Virus record (IMG/VR): IMGVR_UViG_3300031162_001060
Location: 1,934-65,933 of that record
Length of the DNA: 64,000 nt
Reading direction: 5' to 3' (one strand)
From: a virus
Lineage: Duplodnaviria; Caudoviricetes
Shown here: one piece after another, positions 1 to 10,050 of the stretch
Layout of the letters: the number at the start of each line of letters is the position of its first letter
How positions within the stretch are numbered: the stretch's first letter is position 1
Notes under the pieces: generated by a model
Databases searched by the model: none
What the model saw: only the letters and a program-made list of their open reading frames with translations
Told to the model about the DNA's origin: nothing
Made by a program: the position numbers and the translations under genes

Positions 1-136
1 GCTCAGATGCTTGCCCAAAGCTCACCCGTGCAGCGTTTACTACCGACAAGTCGCTAGCGTTTACAGCGTCCAGACGAATGAAGCCTTGACCGTGTTCTCC
101 TACGTCAATACCAGCAGATGTCAGTCGTTCAACCAC
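1..136 (-). CDS. thyX: FAD-dependent thymidylate synthase ThyX, 5' part only (runs off left edge; not in ORF track)
   Basis: Manual translation from GTG at 136 (GGAG upstream) gives MVERLTSAGIDVGEHGQGFIRLDAVNASDLSVVNAARVSFGQASE. GFxRL...SDLSVVNAARVSF is the typical ThyX N-terminus. Confidence 0.85.
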   Translation of the reverse strand, partial: MVERLTSAGIDVGEHGQGFIRLDAVNASDLSVVNAARVSFGQASE

Positions 137-1143
137 TGTTTGTTCTCCATTGTCCACACAACAGTTCGTTCGAACGATTCTTCAAGAGAAATTGGCGCTA
201 CCCAGCCGTGCTCTCGTAACTTTGTACCGTCCAGCGAGTAACGTAGGTCGTGCCCTGGGCGGCTAGAGTGATAATCTGTAAGCTCGCAGGAAGGAGAGGT
301 TCCTAAAATGTTTCCTATCATTTCAACAATTTCCAAGTTGTTAATTTCTTTATCTCCCGCTACGTTAAAACGTTGAATGTCCGGGGTGCTTGTAGAATCG
401 TCGTAGTCTATAGTTTCCACATTTTCTAGAATGTATTGAACGGCGTCTGCGTGATTTCGGGCGTGTAGCCACACTCTTGAACCAATGTCCCATCCGTCAT
501 CCCCTGCACGACCATGTACATGGATTAGTTCGTTGTTGAGAATGCGGCGAATAACCATAGGCACATACTTTTCCGGGTGCTGCCTTTCTCCAAAGTTATT
601 CATAGTGTTGGTGATGGTGATTGGTACTCCATATGTGCGCCAGTAAGAGTAGGCGATGGCTTCTTGCGCTGACTTTGATGCTGAATATGGGTTTGAGGGC
701 CTGTGTGGTTCGCCTTCGGTGTGGTCATGTCCAGCCGGTGCAGGTCCGTACACTTCATCGGTGGAAACTTGAATAAACTTCTCAGGCTGTACATAGCGTG
801 CGTATTCTAGCATATGTAGAACGAGGTTTACGTTATTTTGTACAAACTCAACAGGGTCAGTGATAGACCGGTCAACGTGAGAGTCTGATGCCATGTTGAC
901 AACATAGTCAATCTCTCCGATGTTTTCGATAAGCTGCCCATGTAGGGGTGCTCGAAGATCATGCCACATAACTTGTACCCTAGACGGATCGTAGTCTTCG
1001 ATATTGGTAAGTCTCTCTACTCTGCCAGAGAAACGAAGTGCGTCTAGAACAATGATGTTCCAATCCGTGTTTTTCAACCAATGTTCTACGGTGTGTGACC
1101 CGATAAAGCCCAAACCGCCTGTCAATAGTACGCTTTTACTCAT
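121..1143 (-). CDS. rfbB: dTDP-glucose 4,6-dehydratase (extended SDR, RmlB/RfbB family)
   Basis: GGLGFIGS Rossmann motif, SHVDRSI, STDEVYG, YSASK catalytic motif, RPGHDLRY. Confidence 0.9.
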   Translation of the reverse strand: MSKSVLLTGGLGFIGSHTVEHWLKNTDWNIIVLDALRFSGRVERLTNIEDYDPSRVQVMWHDLRAPLHGQLIENIGEIDYVVNMASDSHVDRSITDPVEFVQNNVNLVLHMLEYARYVQPEKFIQVSTDEVYGPAPAGHDHTEGEPHRPSNPYSASKSAQEAIAYSYWRTYGVPITITNTMNNFGERQHPEKYVPMVIRRILNNELIHVHGRAGDDGWDIGSRVWLHARNHADAVQYILENVETIDYDDSTSTPDIQRFNVAGDKEINNLEIVEMIGNILGTSPSCELTDYHSSRPGHDLRYSLDGTKLREHGWVAPISLEESFERTVVWTMENKQWLND

Positions 1144-1172
1144 TTAATTTCCTTTTGCTTGTCGTGCTGATT

Positions 1173-1201
1173 ACCATACTCTCTCCGGATTTCGATGTCA
1201 A
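1173..1201 (-). promoter_or_regulatory. sigma-70-type promoter for rfbB-thyX
   Basis: TTGACA-17 nt-TATGGT on the minus strand, followed by an AAGGA RBS. Confidence 0.6.
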
Positions 1202-1208
1202 GACTAGG

Positions 1209-3017
1209 TTACCACGGCTGCACGTCGTCATCGAAGTCTTCATTGTCCAGAGCTGCATTAAGCTCTTCGTCGCTTCTAGTTTGCGGATTATCGTACCGTG
1301 AAAACTCTATTACTTCAAACGGCCACGTAGTGCCTCGCTTGCACAGTGCTGGCCACTCCCGAGCTTCTCGCTGCCCACGGTAGTGCTTGAATTCGATTAG
1401 CTCCGGATCAGTCGGGTCAGGGGCTAATGCAATACCAAATTCAGACCAACGGGACCACACAGCCGATCCGAAGGGGCGTAGGTCGCGTTGCCCTCCAGAG
1501 CCTAACGGGGCGTGATGCTCAATCCACAATGCACAATTGTAAGTGTGCCTAATGTAATCCAAAAACTTGGCGATCTCAATTGACACCGACTCTGCAGTTC
1601 GCCCACCAGGGTCAATAAACGCTTTATACAGTGGCCCAAAGAACACAATGTCGGGTTCAATCGTGGCCACGTATTCTTCGATTAGTGCCCGATCTGCAGC
1701 GACTAGCAGATTAACACCATCGGGCTTCATCATCAAGTGAGCATCCATTTGTTCGTGCTTCTTATGCCACTTGATCTGGTCGTAAATGCGTGTGGATGTT
1801 CTACGAATGATTCTTTCTGGGTTTTCCAAGTCAATCATTAACGTGCGGGCAGGTTTCATAGCGTCACGCCGGAATGGGTGAATCCCTGCAGCCGACATTA
1901 GTGCTACTTGTCTGGCGAGCGTAGTTTTGCCTGCGCCCTCCGCCGCCACAACAATGACGCGTTCTTGCCGTTCCAGAACATCAGGAATTACCCAATCATA
2001 CGACAGGTCAAACTTGGTTTCAAGGAAGGGTGACCATTCTACGAGATTGCCTTTATCTCTGTTTTCTGACTCGCCATCCGAAAGAAACGCATCTAAGCTG
2101 GAGTTGATTCGTCCCAGCACTAGACTTTGGGAAAGACTAGACTCGTCAATGTCAGACAGATTTGCAATTAGTTTTTGTAACCCAGTGATCTCTGCGCTAG
2201 GTTCTGTAGCAGTAGTATCTTCGTAGCTGTCGCTGTCAAACGGTTCTAATGCCTCACCAAGAGTGTGCCCAGCGTCAAGCAAGTCGGAAACATCTTTGTA
2301 TTCCCCTGGCTTGAAAACTTTTACGTTACATCCAGCTTCGGTAAGCAGTTTGTTGACTGACCTAGCATGCACATAGCCGGAATGGTCGTTGTCGCAAATT
2401 ATGATGACATTACCGCCAGCTAACGCTTCAGTGTGATGAGGCATCCATTTGTTTTGCCCTTCAGCCCCGGCGCCTCCGGGGTTTGTTGTAGCCACTTTGC
2501 CTACGGCTTCTAGCGAGTGAACGTCTTTCTCGCCTTCAACCACATAGATTGGCTGTCCGGTCTGCTTTGCTTCCAGCACCTGAGGTAAACGATACAAGGG
2601 CTTTTTCAGATTAGAGGTACTCCAATCCCAGCCGCCGCTAGGATCAGGCTGGCGTTGACGGAAAGTTTTCTTACCTTTCTCATCGATAAACCGTAAAACT
2701 TCCATAACGAGGTTCCCACTCTCGTCAAAGTACTTGTATGTGTCTTTCAAGTCTAGCTTCGGTTTTGAAACTCGGGCAGTCACTTTTGTTTCGGGTGGAA
2801 ACAAATCAGACATGTCTAGACCAATTGATTTGCATATCTCATCAACCCCGCAGCCCCCACCACGAAGACACTTCATCAACACTTGATTCTGTTTGCCAAC
2901 AGACACCCGCAAGGATGGATTGTCGTCATCGCTTCTGCAGGGGCACCTTGCATTCCACTGGTTCTTTCCAGCCTTACTGTGCTTTAGTCGTGACAGAACG
3001 TTATCAATCGGTTCCAT
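1209..3017 (-). CDS. DNA primase-helicase (Zn finger + TOPRIM + RecA-like AAA_25-type ATPase)
   Basis: N-terminal CPC...C...C zinc motif, TOPRIM VEGEKD and DND motifs, Walker A AEGAGKTT, DLEN, HHAPLG...RPFGS. Confidence 0.85.
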   Translation of the reverse strand: MEPIDNVLSRLKHSKAGKNQWNARCPCRSDDDNPSLRVSVGKQNQVLMKCLRGGGCGVDEICKSIGLDMSDLFPPETKVTARVSKPKLDLKDTYKYFDESGNLVMEVLRFIDEKGKKTFRQRQPDPSGGWDWSTSNLKKPLYRLPQVLEAKQTGQPIYVVEGEKDVHSLEAVGKVATTNPGGAGAEGQNKWMPHHTEALAGGNVIIICDNDHSGYVHARSVNKLLTEAGCNVKVFKPGEYKDVSDLLDAGHTLGEALEPFDSDSYEDTTATEPSAEITGLQKLIANLSDIDESSLSQSLVLGRINSSLDAFLSDGESENRDKGNLVEWSPFLETKFDLSYDWVIPDVLERQERVIVVAAEGAGKTTLARQVALMSAAGIHPFRRDAMKPARTLMIDLENPERIIRRTSTRIYDQIKWHKKHEQMDAHLMMKPDGVNLLVAADRALIEEYVATIEPDIVFFGPLYKAFIDPGGRTAESVSIEIAKFLDYIRHTYNCALWIEHHAPLGSGGQRDLRPFGSAVWSRWSEFGIALAPDPTDPELIEFKHYRGQREAREWPALCKRGTTWPFEVIEFSRYDNPQTRSDEELNAALDNEDFDDDVQPW

Positions 3018-3474
3018 CGGTTCCGTACCTTTCCAAAATGTAGTTCTCTCGGGTTTTTTCGTACAAAGAAGTAAACATTGCCCTATCGGCGTTTGTTGTC
3101 AGGGCGGTTGCGTTGGACCCCAGTTTCTTTATTGTTTCAGACAAAACAGGGTGAGGTTTTTCGTAGTCGTTTGTGCCGCTGTAAATCTTCTGACTGATCC
3201 CTTGTAGAATCGTCCAAGCCTGCTCTGGTTCAGGAGGTAACTCTTCTGAATGGGTTTCTGCGAGCACTAGTATCCGTAGCTCGCCTGGCCGGGGCATCCA
3301 ACGGCGCCCCGCCAATCCGAGCCGTTTGATCGTGGACTTTGTCGCATCGAACGGCAGGTCGTGGATGTACTCCCAGAAACCTTTACTGCGCACCAGCAGC
3401 GTACTATTATCGATCGGCTTGTCCCATGTAACGCTTAATAGCTCAACAATAGTTTTACATTCGTTTTTATCCAT
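3004..3474 (-). CDS. Putative replicative helicase loader/inhibitor (G39P-like)
   Basis: Overlaps the primase-helicase start. The MDKNECKTIV...WEYIHDLPF...WMPRPGELR...PEQAW pattern resembles this family. Confidence 0.55.
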   Translation of the reverse strand: MDKNECKTIVELLSVTWDKPIDNSTLLVRSKGFWEYIHDLPFDATKSTIKRLGLAGRRWMPRPGELRILVLAETHSEELPPEPEQAWTILQGISQKIYSGTNDYEKPHPVLSETIKKLGSNATALTTNADRAMFTSLYEKTRENYILERYGTDGTD

Positions 3475-3480
3475 ACACTA

Positions 3481-3509
3481 ACGCTATCGCTAAATAATCT
3501 GACTGTCAA
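3481..3509 (-). promoter_or_regulatory. Leaderless sigma-70-type promoter
   Basis: TTGACA-17-TAGCGT, then 6 nt to the ATG at 3474. Confidence 0.65.
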
Positions 3510-3520
3510 CCCTGCAAAGC

Positions 3521-3550
3521 AAAAAGCCCCCCGAAACTCGGGGGGCCTTT
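3521..3550 (-). terminator. Intrinsic terminator after ssb
   Basis: GCCCCCCGA/TCGGGGGGC stem followed by a T5 run on the minus strand. Confidence 0.8.
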
Positions 3551-3564
3551 CACATATCCCGTTA

Positions 3565-4014
3565 TCAGAACTCTTCGAACGGGTCGCTAGACGGATAATT
3601 ACCGGCGGCTGCTCCAGCCATTGGGCGGCTACTGCCCTCAGAGTTGGAGCCAGAAACGCCTCCTCGCTGACGCTCTAGGCTAGCGATGCCGTATGAGTTT
3701 ACTGCGATAGTGTCCGCAATAAGCTCTACGGTGGAGCGCTTCTGTCCAGTCTCCTTGTCTTCCCAGGTCCGCTGTTCTAGCCGACCCTTTACGACAACAG
3801 GCAGACCCTTCTCAAGTACCCGTGCGGCGTGTTCAGCGGTGTTTCGCCATGCCACACAATTGAAGAAAGAAGTTTCTTCCTGCCACTCTCCGTTCTTTTG
3901 ATAGCGGCGGTTCGAAGCAAGTGAGAAAGTCAATCGGGCTGAACCGTTAGACGCAAACTTCAGTTCCGGATCGGAGGTAAGGTTGCCAATAATTGTGCTG
4001 TCTGCATTGCTCAT
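3565..4014 (-). CDS. ssb: Single-stranded DNA-binding protein
   Basis: GNLTSDPEL, FFNCVAW, GRLEQRTW, acidic DPFEEF tail; AAGGAG RBS; TTGACA-17-TATGGT promoter at 4054-4082. Confidence 0.95.
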   Translation of the reverse strand: MSNADSTIIGNLTSDPELKFASNGSARLTFSLASNRRYQKNGEWQEETSFFNCVAWRNTAEHAARVLEKGLPVVVKGRLEQRTWEDKETGQKRSTVELIADTIAVNSYGIASLERQRGGVSGSNSEGSSRPMAGAAAGNYPSSDPFEEF

Positions 4015-4129
4015 GTTCGTCTCCTTAGATGATAGTGTTTAGCAGATACTTATACCATACATGCGTATTGGTCGTGTGTCAAGATCGTTTTTGTGGATTT
4101 TTTAAAAAACTTGTAGTATGCTATGTAGT

Positions 4130-4321
4130 ATGACTGACGCCTATACCGCTTTGCACTCTTACTTTGTGGATACCTTGGTTGATTTAACTGACCCCGACCC
4201 CGAGGGCGAAGCAGACGTGCGCGAAGATATGGAGCAGGTCGTAAACATTATTTTTGAAGGGCTGGGTGTTGTAGTGATAGAGGCTACTTCTAATTCCGCC
4301 ACGCTTACTGTTCAATTTTAA
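4130..4321 (+). CDS. Hypothetical acidic protein
   Basis: ORF with a TATGCT -10 box 7 nt before the ATG (leaderless). Confidence 0.55.
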   Translation: MTDAYTALHSYFVDTLVDLTDPDPEGEADVREDMEQVVNIIFEGLGVVVIEATSNSATLTVQF

Positions 4322-4323
4322 CG

Positions 4324-4542
4324 TCACTCTATTTGTGCCGAGTTCCACAGGGCTGATCTGTCTGGGCGGTAGGTCGGATTTACGGTAGAAGGAACGCCAC
4401 TAAACCCGCTAATGCCTGGAGCGCTGAATACTTTATTCACAGGCGATTCGCAAGTCGGGCAGTGTGTTAAGTTGTCTTCGGACATTTTTTGAAATGTTTC
4501 AAATTTGCCGCAGGACGGGCATGAGTATGTGTATGTAGGCAT
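4324..4542 (-). CDS. FmdB-family zinc-ribbon protein
   Basis: MPTYTYSCPSCG...CPTC...KVFSAPGI; leaderless promoter TTGACT-16-TATAAT-6-ATG. Confidence 0.85.
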   Translation of the reverse strand: MPTYTYSCPSCGKFETFQKMSEDNLTHCPTCESPVNKVFSAPGISGFSGVPSTVNPTYRPDRSALWNSAQIE

Positions 4543-4637
4543 TTTTTTATTATACGTAAACTCTGAAATAAGTCAATACGCAAATGGGTAGAATATGTCT
4601 ATATAGTTAAAACCGCATGTCTACAGGAGCTACGTCA

Positions 4638-5072
4638 ATGGTTGAGTCTATTTTGGATTTTCTGTGGAGCAGCGGATCTATCCCTGCAGTTATTACAGGA
4701 TGTTTTGGTATTCTTGCTGTTTATTTACGAAAGTTTAGTCGTGAGAACACTAGGCAGCATCAAGAATCAATGGAGCGACGTGAGCATGGGCATAGTGAAA
4801 ACATGCGGATGCGTATAGAGTCTAGGTCTCGACTTGAGGATATCGTTGAAAGAATTGACTCGATAAAAGAGGATGTTAAAGAAGTCAAACAAGACTTGAA
4901 TGTTCGTGTCGATGAAGTTCGAGAAGATGTCAAAGAAGTTAATATCGATATTGACAATAGAGTTGACGAGTTAGGTCAGCGTATTGATGAGATTCGTGAA
5001 GACGTAATAGAGGTTAGAGAAAATCAGCAACGGCATATTGAGTGGCACGCTCAACAACCACCGCAGACATAA
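4638..5072 (+). CDS. Membrane-anchored coiled-coil protein (lysis-cassette type)
   Basis: One N-terminal TM helix, heptad/11-residue repeats (DVKEV), C-terminal HIEWH; sits directly before the holin; AGGAG before ATG 4638 (alternative start 4617). Confidence 0.55.
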   Translation: MVESILDFLWSSGSIPAVITGCFGILAVYLRKFSRENTRQHQESMERREHGHSENMRMRIESRSRLEDIVERIDSIKEDVKEVKQDLNVRVDEVREDVKEVNIDIDNRVDELGQRIDEIREDVIEVRENQQRHIEWHAQQPPQT

Positions 5073-5183
5073 AACTTTTAGCTAGGGTTTTCTATATAGA
5101 GACCTTCAGTAACCACACATTATTGCGGTAGAATATTAGTGGAAGCCTATGCTTCTTTTTATCCCCTTACAAGGAGAACCTTA

Positions 5184-5381
5184 ATGGATAGTAATGTATT
5201 AAAGCAAATTGCTGAGCGGTCACTGCTGACGTTTATGCAATCATTTTTAGCAATGTTTGTTATTACCGATCTTTCGTCTGCGCGAGGTGCTGCGGTTGCT
5301 GGACTTGCGGCAGTCCTGTCTGTACTTAAGTCGGCTGTGGCAACTAGGATTGGCAATCGTGAAAGTGCTTCGCTAGTCTAA
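5184..5381 (+). CDS. Holin (r1t-type)
   Basis: ERSLLTFMQSFLA...AGLAAVLSVLKS pattern, two TM helices, AAGGAG RBS. Confidence 0.75.
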   Translation: MDSNVLKQIAERSLLTFMQSFLAMFVITDLSSARGAAVAGLAAVLSVLKSAVATRIGNRESASLV

Positions 5382-5439
5382 CGTTATAATTGGCAGTACT
5401 AGTGGACAAAGGGAGCAATGGCGACATATTATATGTATA

Positions 5440-5545
5440 GTTGAGAATGTAGTTTTTCTGCTCCTTTTGTGCTACATTCTTAATACCACTACTTAGGAGT
5501 AGTGCTTGAAAGCCCCCGGCCTAAACGCTGGGGGCTTTCTTTTTG
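5440..5545 (+). ncRNA. Candidate small RNA with a CU-rich (anti-SD) loop
   Basis: Hairpin AGAATGTAG/CTACATTCT with loop containing CTCCTTTT, second hairpin CACTACT/AGTAGTG, then a terminator; no ORF. Confidence 0.35.
5509..5545. terminator. Probably bidirectional intrinsic terminator
   Basis: AAAGCCCCCGGC-ctaaac-GCTGGGGGCTTT-CTTTTT between convergent transcription units. Confidence 0.8.
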
Positions 5546-5817
5546 CGTCGCTTAGGGATGTGCCTGATTCTATTGACCGCTACAGACCTGTATTGTTCCC
5601 TTCCGTACGATCCACCAAAAACGTCTACCCACTCTTCTACCGGGTTGTGCTTGGTGTTGACCACGTGGCGTTTGAACGTAAATGTCCCACGCTCCCCTGC
5701 AACTTTACATGTATCTCCTGCATGTAGGGTAACTTGCGGTGAGATGTACAAAAAGTATTCAATAACCCATCCATCCGGAGGAGTTACTGGAGCTTTGGAT
5801 TTTCTTACTTTTGGCAT
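5521..5817 (-). CDS. Hypothetical SH3-like actinophage protein
   Basis: GAAGGAGG RBS, TTGCAA-17-TATAGT promoter, GERGTFTFKRHV...EWVDVFGG...YRS motif. Confidence 0.65.
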   Translation of the reverse strand: MPKVRKSKAPVTPPDGWVIEYFLYISPQVTLHAGDTCKVAGERGTFTFKRHVVNTKHNPVEEWVDVFGGSYGREQYRSVAVNRIRHIPKRRKKKAPSV

Positions 5818-5929
5818 GCTGCCTCCTTCAATTACACTATATCAACAGGATTTGCAAGTTGCAACCTGCGATCGTATTTATTTAACGATGATACAATAGT
5901 ATTAGTTGATTTACGCAAGGAGCGCTCGC

Positions 5930-6790
5930 ATGAGTTTTACCAGTGGTAATCCGTACAATGAAAATACTGCTGCGGATAATGGTCAAAATGTACCACACCG
6001 ACTGTTAGCAGCAATTGATGAGAACACCGCTTTTAATGGTGGTCAGAATTGGTCTATTTGGCGTAAAAGTAAAAGTCTTTCTAAGTTTGGTGCTCGCTCT
6101 AGCGTAGGCGCCACTCATTCAACTGTTGCATCTTTCGGAGGAGAAGCCCACGAAACGCTTCTTACCACCAACGGGATCACCAGCATTGTGTCGTCGGACA
6201 ACGCAGACAACCAAACGTACAGAATAGAGTATCACACAATCAATCCTGGCGGAGACGAACTCACTTTTGGGGTTCAGACAGTCACTCTCACAGGGCAGGC
6301 GCCAGCGCCGCTTCCTGTAGCGTGTGCTAGAGTTTCGCGTGCTTACAACGTGAGCACCACAGACTCTGCTGGAGATATTTATATATTCGAAGGAGGCGCT
6401 GTAACCGGAGGTGTGCCTAACACTGCTTCTGAGATTCATTTGCAGATCGTGGCAGGCGATCAGCAGTCTAAGAAAGCCGCCACATCTATCAGCAATGTCG
6501 ACTCATTTTTTATCACCCAGATTGTCACTTCAGTTATTTCTGGAAGCCCCGGCAGTCAGGTGGTGGACTTCGATTTGGAAATTAAGGAGCTTGGTAGCGT
6601 ATGGCGGCCTCAGCTTGAGTGGTCGTGTCAGATCGGTGCTCAGAGCACTTTCTTACTAGAGCTAGACCCTGTAATCATAGTGCCAAAAAACCATGACGTT
6701 CGTATTTCAGCAGAAACTGCTTCTGGTACCGGCGTGGACGTGACAGCCTCTTTCAGAGGCTACTTAGCTATCGCCTACGAGCTTAGCTAA
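5930..6790 (+). CDS. Hypothetical beta-rich protein, possibly virion-associated
   Basis: AAGGAG RBS; Ser/Thr/Gly/Val-rich beta-sandwich-like composition. Confidence 0.6.
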   Translation: MSFTSGNPYNENTAADNGQNVPHRLLAAIDENTAFNGGQNWSIWRKSKSLSKFGARSSVGATHSTVASFGGEAHETLLTTNGITSIVSSDNADNQTYRIEYHTINPGGDELTFGVQTVTLTGQAPAPLPVACARVSRAYNVSTTDSAGDIYIFEGGAVTGGVPNTASEIHLQIVAGDQQSKKAATSISNVDSFFITQIVTSVISGSPGSQVVDFDLEIKELGSVWRPQLEWSCQIGAQSTFLLELDPVIIVPKNHDVRISAETASGTGVDVTASFRGYLAIAYELS

Positions 6791-7773
6791 TCAGCACCTA
6801 TCGTTGAGTAAATCGTATCAGCAATTGTTTCTCTGACATCCTCGTTCTCGTCAAGATACATCTTTGTATTGGCTCGGCCTTGTCCAATATTTTCACCCTT
6901 GTATGCATACCATGCGCCCTTCTTGTCAAGAATGCCCATTTCAACAGCGATGTCAACAATGTCGCCTGTACGACTGATTCCTTCGCCATAGGTGATTTCA
7001 AACTCGGCCTGACGGAATGGTGGAGCGACCTTGTTCTTCACAACCTTAACTCTTGTCTTGTTGCCGGTCGCTTCACCGCCGTCCTTAAGGGTTTCAATGC
7101 GACGAATGTCTAGACGCACCGACGAGTAAAACTTTAGCGCCCTGCCACCTGGAGTTACTTCCGGAGAGCCGAACATGACACCGATCTTCTCACGTAGCTG
7201 GTTAATCATGATGAGAATTGTCTTAGAATTATTTAGGTTGGCGACAATCTTACGCATAGCTTGAGACATCAAACGGGCATGAAGGCCAACATGACTGTCT
7301 CCCATTTCTCCTTCAATTTCGGCACGAGGCGTTAACGCTGCTACAGAGTCAACTACTACCACGTCGATAGCGCCCGACTCAATTAGCTTATTGGTAATTG
7401 TCAAGGCTTGCTCACCTGTGTCTGGCTGAGACACCAACAGGTTGTCTATATCGCAGCCAATTGCTTTAGCGTACACAGGGTCTAAAGCGTGCTCGGCGTC
7501 AATGAATGCGCAGCGACCGCCTTTCTGCTGTGCTTGAGCAATCACGTGAAGAGCTAGAGTTGTTTTTCCGCTTGACTCTGGCCCGTAGATTTCAGTGACA
7601 CGCCCCCGAGGTAATCCTCCTACGCCTAGAGCGAGGTCTAGTGCAATTGATCCCGTTGAAATAGTATCGATCTGCATTGCAGCAGCGTCACCTAAGCGCA
7701 TTAGCGTGCCTGCTCCAAACTGCTTTTCAATTTGGTTTAGTGCGTCTTCTAATAGTTTGTCTTTGTCTGTCAT
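6787..7773 (-). CDS. recA: Recombinase RecA
   Basis: [56 protein letters not shown]. Confidence 0.98.
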   Translation of the reverse strand: MTDKDKLLEDALNQIEKQFGAGTLMRLGDAAAMQIDTISTGSIALDLALGVGGLPRGRVTEIYGPESSGKTTLALHVIAQAQQKGGRCAFIDAEHALDPVYAKAIGCDIDNLLVSQPDTGEQALTITNKLIESGAIDVVVVDSVAALTPRAEIEGEMGDSHVGLHARLMSQAMRKIVANLNNSKTILIMINQLREKIGVMFGSPEVTPGGRALKFYSSVRLDIRRIETLKDGGEATGNKTRVKVVKNKVAPPFRQAEFEITYGEGISRTGDIVDIAVEMGILDKKGAWYAYKGENIGQGRANTKMYLDENEDVRETIADTIYSTIGAD

Positions 7774-7829
7774 GTCAGTATTGTATTCGCCTAGTGGAAC
7801 ACGGTCAATAGGAGTGTTAAAATATAATT

Positions 7830-8198
7830 ATGAGTAAACGTGGACCGAAACGCCTAGTGACTAGTGCTTTCCGTATTGGTGCTTATGGTAAAACCAGTTG
7901 GCATCTAATTTTAGACTGTGGGCATGAGCACAACTCTGCCCGCAAGCCTGAAGTTGGGGGGACAAAAGTTAGTTGCAAGAAGTGTATTCCTGTGGAGTCT
8001 ACGGCGCTAGCGACGGTCAGTGCGTCTCATCAAGACTTGGTGTATGGTCTGGTTGATCCTGATGATCCGATGGGTGAGATAAAGATGAAGGCGGCGATTG
8101 CGTCCAAGTTCGATGTGTCAATGGATCAGGTACAAATTGGGGGCAGTACCGCAACAGTGTTTTTGGACGCCCAACAAGTGAAAGATATTATTGCTTAA
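7830..8198 (+). CDS. Hypothetical protein with zinc-ribbon-like motif
   Basis: LDCGH...CKKC; divergent from recA. Confidence 0.6.
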   Translation: MSKRGPKRLVTSAFRIGAYGKTSWHLILDCGHEHNSARKPEVGGTKVSCKKCIPVESTALATVSASHQDLVYGLVDPDDPMGEIKMKAAIASKFDVSMDQVQIGGSTATVFLDAQQVKDIIA

Positions 8199-8814
8199 TT
8201 TTGCAGTCAATAAAGTTTTCGCGGTGACGGCGATAATACAACAGTGGCTCTGGGATATTAGACACTGTTGCCCCTAAAGCAAGCATTCGATCCCACAATG
8301 CCCAGTCTTCACATGCTGCATTTCCTGTTGCATGACTCTCGTGGGCCACATATCCCGCTTGCTGCCCTATAGAGGTGCGGTACATCATTGACCCATGGTG
8401 CCCTTCCCAACGCCAATAAACATCACCTTGTCGTATGACATCTGGTAGATGTGCGTCTCTATGGCCCATTTTGTGCTCGCCAGTAACCATGATGTGATAC
8501 GTTACAATGTCTGTATCTTGTTGTAGTAGAAGCTCTATAGCGTCCGACCTTAGCCAGTTGTCGGCGCCTACAAACATGGTGTATTCTGTCTCTACTTTCA
8601 TTAGCATGTCTTGAAAGTTATCTACAGTTCCTAGATTAGTTTCACGGAGTGTGTAGTCCACCTCTGTGTATATTGACGGCAGGTGGGCGCAATCGCCTAC
8701 ACCATCGTCCACAAACAATATTTTTTCAGGCTGCACTGTTTGGGAAAGTATGCTTTCAATACAGTGGGCAGCTAAATGGCCATATTGGTATGACGCAATT
8801 ACAACGGTTAGCAT
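8188..8814 (-). CDS. Glycosyltransferase family 2
   Basis: TVVIASYQY, VDDG, GADN (DxD-like), EDWALW, LLYYRRH. Confidence 0.85.
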   Translation of the reverse strand: MLTVVIASYQYGHLAAHCIESILSQTVQPEKILFVDDGVGDCAHLPSIYTEVDYTLRETNLGTVDNFQDMLMKVETEYTMFVGADNWLRSDAIELLLQQDTDIVTYHIMVTGEHKMGHRDAHLPDVIRQGDVYWRWEGHHGSMMYRTSIGQQAGYVAHESHATGNAACEDWALWDRMLALGATVSNIPEPLLYYRRHRENFIDCKIKQ

Positions 8815-9536
8815 TATGGTATCCTTTTTGGATCAATATCTACGACCACTGCTCCATCGACTAAATAGTCAGGGTAGTCTATCACACTTTCTGATTTGCA
8901 AAATCCGTTCATATAAGTCATGCGTGGTAACTCCGACGTGTTTGCTTCACTTCCATGCACAACCATAACAGACCACAGCAGTACATCTCCGGCGCTAGCT
9001 AGATACTTTTTACCTTGAAGCCCGCCCCTATTAAACTTGCGCAAGTTTTGAGGAGCGTCAAAGGTTTTCCATTTATGTGACCCTTCAATAAATTCTACAG
9101 CCCCGTTGTCTTCCGTGATGTCGTCCACGACAATAATTGTCTGTAAGTAGTTGGTAGCTACTGTATTAGCAAATTGAGATTTTTCTCGAAAAATGGTATC
9201 TCGGTGCCAAGCGAATGTATCAATGTCGTCAGGTTCACGAAAGTATATTTGATTGTTGATTTGCTTGACATTGTCGCCTAGTATTTCTTTGACGATTCCT
9301 GATAGGCGGCTGCTGGTGCGAAATTTATTGAGAGTTTGATTTGCCAGAGCCGGAAAAAATATTAACGATTTTTTGTTGTATGCCTGCTCGCTCGGAACAT
9401 GCGGGTATCCCGCTGCCGCAATGTCGCTATCACTGGTCTCGTAGGCGGCCTGCTTTATTGTTTCGCACTCTTCTTTGGTAAATACTGATGGTACAATTGC
9501 TACTCCCTTGTCGTTTAGTTCTTGAAGCTTAGACAT
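8814..9536 (-). CDS. PhyH-family Fe(II)/2-oxoglutarate dioxygenase
   Basis: WHRD (HxD), DDITEDNGAVEFIEGSH, GDVLLW..VVHGS..N..R. Confidence 0.85.
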   Translation of the reverse strand: MSKLQELNDKGVAIVPSVFTKEECETIKQAAYETSDSDIAAAGYPHVPSEQAYNKKSLIFFPALANQTLNKFRTSSRLSGIVKEILGDNVKQINNQIYFREPDDIDTFAWHRDTIFREKSQFANTVATNYLQTIIVVDDITEDNGAVEFIEGSHKWKTFDAPQNLRKFNRGGLQGKKYLASAGDVLLWSVMVVHGSEANTSELPRMTYMNGFCKSESVIDYPDYLVDGAVVVDIDPKRIP

Positions 9537-10050
9537 AGGGAACATAATCACTGTAAATCTTGTAATTAGCGTTTTCTGCAGAGGTATCACGGACACCCTG
9601 TGTCACAGAGTACGCTTTTTCGTAGCCTGCTTTTTTTACTAATTCAACAATTCTGTCATCATAAATACCGTAGGGGTATCTTAAATACTTTGTGGCAAAA
9701 GGTGCCGTTATTTCTTGGGTCACCTCCCTATCAGAGAGCTTAGTCAAATCTCGATGTGACCATGTGTGCCACCCTATTTCAAAGTCATATAAAGTACACA
9801 TGTGCTTAACTTGCGATAAAGTGCAGTATTTTTCAAGTTTTGGTACATTGGCTGAATCGAAACTATTATCTTGTCCCATATGGTTTCCCATAACAAACAT
9901 AATCCCTGATTTAGTTTGTAAAATGTCTTGGTTTTCATACACGTTCAAATAAACCCCGTCAAACCCTATCGGCTCATCACACGCTTGAATTTGTTCACGA
10001 GTATGGTAGTTAGAATGTTTTTCAAGCCCGATATTGTGTGCAAGTCTCAT
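9529..10050 (-). CDS. NodB-like polysaccharide deacetylase
   Basis: GFDGVY (degenerate TFDDG), EIGWHTWSH, RYPYG motifs. Confidence 0.75.
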   Translation of the reverse strand: MRLAHNIGLEKHSNYHTREQIQACDEPIGFDGVYLNVYENQDILQTKSGIMFVMGNHMGQDNSFDSANVPKLEKYCTLSQVKHMCTLYDFEIGWHTWSHRDLTKLSDREVTQEITAPFATKYLRYPYGIYDDRIVELVKKAGYEKAYSVTQGVRDTSAENANYKIYSDYVPYV

